The notes beneath the pieces were generated by a model. It saw only the letters and a list, made by a program, of their open reading frames with translations. It ran no database searches and was not told where the DNA came from. 41,034 nucleotides of DNA from Thermoanaerobaculia bacterium (lineage in GTDB: Bacteria; Acidobacteriota; Thermoanaerobaculia; UBA5066), in contig JBBRRY010000032.1 of assembly GCA_038245905.1 (NCBI GenBank), forward strand, positions 1-41,034, given 5' to 3'. Below are positions 38,408-41,034 of the stretch, in pieces; position 1 is the first letter of the stretch; the number at the start of each line of letters is the position of its first letter. The position numbers were made by a program, and so were the translations under genes.

Positions 38408-39717
38408 ACCGGCGCCTCTGCCGCCTCCTTCGCCGGGAACCGCACCTTCAGGAAGGCGCCGATCGCGAAGACGAGGACGACGAAAAGGACCGTGATTCCA
38501 GCGCGATAGCCGGTGGCGCTCTTGTCCGGGAAGAGAGCGAGCGTCGCGGCCCACAGAAAAGGCCCGAGGACCGAGGCCGCTTCGCCGGCAAGCGTGAAGA
38601 AGCCGAAGAACTCGGTCATCCTCTCTTTCGGGACGAGCGCGATGAGCCCGAGCCGGCCCGTCACCTTGATGCCGCCGAGGCCGATGCCCGCGAGGACGCC
38701 GACGACGGTGAATGCTTTCGGGTCCCGCACGACGAGCGCGAGAACGAAGACGAGCACCCAGTTCGCGAGGGCGACGAGCGTCGCGGTCCGGATCGTGACG
38801 CGCTGGCAGAGAAAACCGTAGAGGAGGCCGCCGACGACCGCCACGGCGGTCGCGACGAGGAGAAGAATTTGCACCTGCCCGTCGTTCAGCCCGACCGCGT
38901 AACGCGAATACGTCGCCATCTGGATCTGGATCGTGTGGATGACGTCGACGTAGAGGAAATTCGATACGAGGAACCAGAGCAGAGCGGGTGTCTTCGGAAG
39001 GGACTTGATCGTCTGGACGACGTCCTTGAACGGAGAAGACGAAGAACCGGAAATCTTCTTAGAGGGTGAAGAGGGCAGGCGCGCGAAGAACAAGAGCGGG
39101 ACCGCCGCGACGAGCCACAGCATCGCCGTCGGCAGGTAGGCGTTTCGGCGCACCCAGGCGTCATTCACATTCGAAGAAACAGAAGCCACGGAAATCAGAT
39201 CGCAGATCGCTCGGAGCGCTTCAGGCAGCCTCGCCCGGATCTCTCCTGAAACAAAAGGCAATACGAGGAACATTCCGAGCAGCGACCCGACGTACCCTGC
39301 CGCGACGCCGAATCCCGACACGCGCCCCGAGTTCGAATCGTCCGACACGTCGGGAAGGAGCGCGTTGTAGAAGACGTACGCGCACTGGAACGCGATGTTC
39401 GCGAGCGCGAAGAGGACGAGGACGCGGGGCACCGGTCCCGGCGCCGCCACGAGCGCCGTCAGGACGACGCCGGTGAGCACGAAGGGGACGAGGAACCGCC
39501 GCTTGCCCGCGCGGTCCGCGAGATGTCCGAGGAACGGAGCCGCGAGGGCCACGACCGCCATCGAGAGGCCGAACGCGAGCGAGAACTTCTCGCTGCCTCG
39601 CGGCACCCGCCCAGCGATGTCGAGCGGGAGATGGAGCGACAGAAGGTTCATCGCGAAGCTCGTGGCGCCGAGCTCGTACAGGCTCCAGGCGAGAACCGTC
39701 CCGCTGCGGGCCTTCAT
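38404..39717 (-). CDS. MFS transporter (UMF1/Atg22-like)
   Basis: W.LYE.G...F, PFLG..AD, VFYNALLP, GRVSG.G...GYVG, EFFGF...G..ASVLGP. ATG 39717 overlaps the rhomboid stop. Confidence 0.85.
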   Translation of the reverse strand: MKARSGTVLAWSLYELGATSFAMNLLSLHLPLDIAGRVPRGSEKFSLAFGLSMAVVALAAPFLGHLADRAGKRRFLVPFVLTGVVLTALVAAPGPVPRVLVLFALANIAFQCAYVFYNALLPDVSDDSNSGRVSGFGVAAGYVGSLLGMFLVLPFVSGEIRARLPEALRAICDLISVASVSSNVNDAWVRRNAYLPTAMLWLVAAVPLLFFARLPSSPSKKISGSSSSPFKDVVQTIKSLPKTPALLWFLVSNFLYVDVIHTIQIQMATYSRYAVGLNDGQVQILLLVATAVAVVGGLLYGFLCQRVTIRTATLVALANWVLVFVLALVVRDPKAFTVVGVLAGIGLGGIKVTGRLGLIALVPKERMTEFFGFFTLAGEAASVLGPFLWAATLALFPDKSATGYRAGITVLFVVLVFAIGAFLKVRFPAKEAAEAPV

Positions 39718-40421
39718 GAAATCCGGTACCGGGCGGCGGGCTCGCGCGCCGGGCGGAAGAGGAGCGCCCAGGCGACGCCCACGACAAACCCTCCCACGTG
39801 CGCCCAGAACGCGACCCCTCCCTGCGCCGCCGCGCCCCGACCCGGGGAGGCGAGCTGCGCGGAGCCCATCCAGAACTGCAGCGCGAACCAGCCGAGAAGA
39901 TAGAGAGCAGCCGGAATCTCGATCAGGGGAAACAGGAAGAAGAGCGGGACGACGGTCACGATGCGGGCGCGAGGGTAATAGACGAAGTACGCCCCGAGAA
40001 TTCCCGCGATCGCACCAGAAGCGCCGAGGTTCGGGACGGTCGACGATGGCGCGAGAAACGCTTGGAGAAGCATCGCACCCGCGCCCGCCGTCCCGTAGAA
40101 AACGAGATATCGGAAGTGGCCGAGGGTGTCCTCGACATTGTCCCCGAAGATCCAGAGGAAGAGCATGTTTCCGAGGAGATGCAGGAGCCCGCCGTGCAGA
40201 AACATCGACGTCAGAATCGTCAAGGCCGCGGCGCCGAACGTCCATCCGTAGATGTCGGGCCGGAAAAGGCGATCCGGCACGAACGCGTACGTCTCAACGA
40301 AGGCATCGAGACCCGCTCCCTGGAGGAGCTCGAGAAGAAAGACCGCAACGTTCAGGGTGACCAGGAGCCGCGTCACGAAAGGCACGGTCCGGGTCGAGAT
40401 CGTGTCGCGAAGCGGAATCAC
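39714..40421 (-). CDS. Rhomboid family intramembrane serine protease
   Basis: MIPLRD, TSMFLHGG..HL.GNM.FLWIFGDNVED, catalytic GASG and AHVGG. Confidence 0.93.
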   Translation of the reverse strand: MIPLRDTISTRTVPFVTRLLVTLNVAVFLLELLQGAGLDAFVETYAFVPDRLFRPDIYGWTFGAAALTILTSMFLHGGLLHLLGNMLFLWIFGDNVEDTLGHFRYLVFYGTAGAGAMLLQAFLAPSSTVPNLGASGAIAGILGAYFVYYPRARIVTVVPLFFLFPLIEIPAALYLLGWFALQFWMGSAQLASPGRGAAAQGGVAFWAHVGGFVVGVAWALLFRPAREPAARYRIS

Positions 40422-40448
40422 GCGCGCATGATAAGCGCGAGCCGGGGT

Positions 40449-40736
40449 CTACTTCCGGCGCTTGTTCAGCAGTTCTTTCAGGTCCTTGCCCGCCCGAAAA
40501 CGCGCGACCTTCGCGGCCGCGATCCGGATGGCGGCCTTCGTGCGGGGGTTCACGCCGGCGCGAGCCTTGCGGTCGGCCACGTGGAAAATCCCGAGGCCGG
40601 GAAGCGCGACACGCTCGCCCTTCTTTAGGCTTCCGGCGATCGCATTGACGACCGAGTCGAGCGCCGCCGCCGCGTCCTTCCGCGTCAGCCCCGTGTCGTT
40701 CGCAATCGCATCCACGATGTCGGCTTTGCCGGCCAT
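40449..40736 (-). CDS. hup: HU family DNA-binding protein
   Basis: K.DIVDAIA...L..KDA, G.RV.L.GLG.F....RKAR.G.NP.T...I.I.A....F.AGK.LK. GGAGG RBS. Confidence 0.93.
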   Translation of the reverse strand: MAGKADIVDAIANDTGLTRKDAAAALDSVVNAIAGSLKKGERVALPGLGIFHVADRKARAGVNPRTKAAIRIAAAKVARFRAGKDLKELLNKRRK

Positions 40737-40780
40737 GAGGAAACCTCCCTCAGCCTCCGCGCTCCAGCTGAAACGCCGGG

Positions 40781-40809
40781 ACTGTAGGCTCGACTCCGGG
40801 CCTTGTCAA
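40781..40809 (-). promoter_or_regulatory. Sigma70-type promoter of hup
   Basis: Minus strand TTGACA-N17-TACAGT, 44 nt upstream of the hup ATG. Confidence 0.75.
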
Positions 40810-40841
40810 CGGAGAGTTTCCTTACTGTCGTAGCTCCATGA

Positions 40842-40878
40842 AAGTGTCACCTCGATAACTCGATAGAAGTGTCACCTC
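40842..40878 (+). repeat. Subterminal direct repeats AAGTGTCACCTC (40842-40853 and 40867-40878)
   Basis: Exact 12-bp direct repeat with a 25-bp period; CTCGATA also occurs twice (40851, 40859). Confidence 0.8.
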
Positions 40879-40894
40879 TGAAGAGGGGGACGCG

Positions 40895-41034
40895 ATGGAG
40901 GAGATCGTGGGGCTGAGCACGAAGGAGAGGGCGCGGCTGGTGGAGCTCGAGCAGGTGAAGGCGGGGCGGCAGACGGTGGTAGCTGCAGCCGAGCGGCTTT
41001 CGATGAGCGAGCGGCAGGGCAAGAGGATCTGGAA
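40895..41034 (+). CDS. Transposase N-terminal HTH (ISNCY/IS1202-like), 3'-truncated; absent from the ORF track
   Basis: Translated by hand: MEEIVGLSTKERARLVELEQVKAGRQTVVAAAERLSMSERQGKRIW. Matches the S.KE..RL......T..AAE.L..S.RQ..R pattern. GAGGGGG RBS. Confidence 0.7.
   Translation, partial: MEEIVGLSTKERARLVELEQVKAGRQTVVAAAERLSMSERQGKRIW

Larger units (their letters stand above)
40826..41034 (+). mobile_element. Left end of an IS1202/ISNCY-like insertion sequence, truncated by window edge
   Basis: TGT-starting end TGTCGTAGCTCCATGAAAGTGTCACC, duplicated subterminal AAGTGTCACCTC, then a transposase-like HTH N-terminus. Confidence 0.65.

Noticed and set aside
40842-40878. Direct repeats as a mini-CRISPR or iterons
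   Set aside because: Only two 12-bp copies with a 13-bp gap and no cas or rep gene. Better explained as IS subterminal repeats.

Overview
GC-rich bacterial chromosomal window with about 38 compactly packed genes; the gene content suggests Acidobacteriota, but that is inference only. From left to right: (1) the 3' end of an RmlC-like cupin; (2) a three-gene MNIO (DUF692) RiPP operon, made of a twin-arginine-type precursor with four HxCxGxNxCxGxGGC repeats (12 Cys), the DUF692 enzyme and a DUF2063 partner, related to bufferin-type metal-binding peptides; (3) housekeeping and metabolic genes (CDGSH protein, exported thioredoxin, GT-C-like membrane protein, LOG, NUDIX, FadD, PAS/Cys-rich protein, DUF1015 with serA, RRM protein, D-aminoacylase-like protein, a second 2-hydroxyacid dehydrogenase, ABC exporter, saccharopine dehydrogenase-like protein, FkbM); (4) an unusual ~14 kb surface-glycan locus with an initiating phosphoglycosyl transferase, two CDP-paratose-2-epimerase-like SDRs (one lacking the catalytic Tyr), two B12-binding radical SAM enzymes each followed by a GT4, and a Wzx flippase, bracketed by two GT-C-like membrane proteins, with no recognisable wzy, wzz or waaL; (5) groES-groEL with a sigma70 promoter, CIRCE and terminator; (6) a hup-rhomboid-MFS-acyltransferase-AI-2E-DegT block; (7) the left end of an IS1202/ISNCY-like element cut by the window edge. 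The two best candidates for undescribed biology are the radical-SAM glycan locus and the Tat-type 12-Cys MNIO precursor system. No rRNA, tRNA or CRISPR array was seen. All family calls come from motif recognition by eye, not from database searches.
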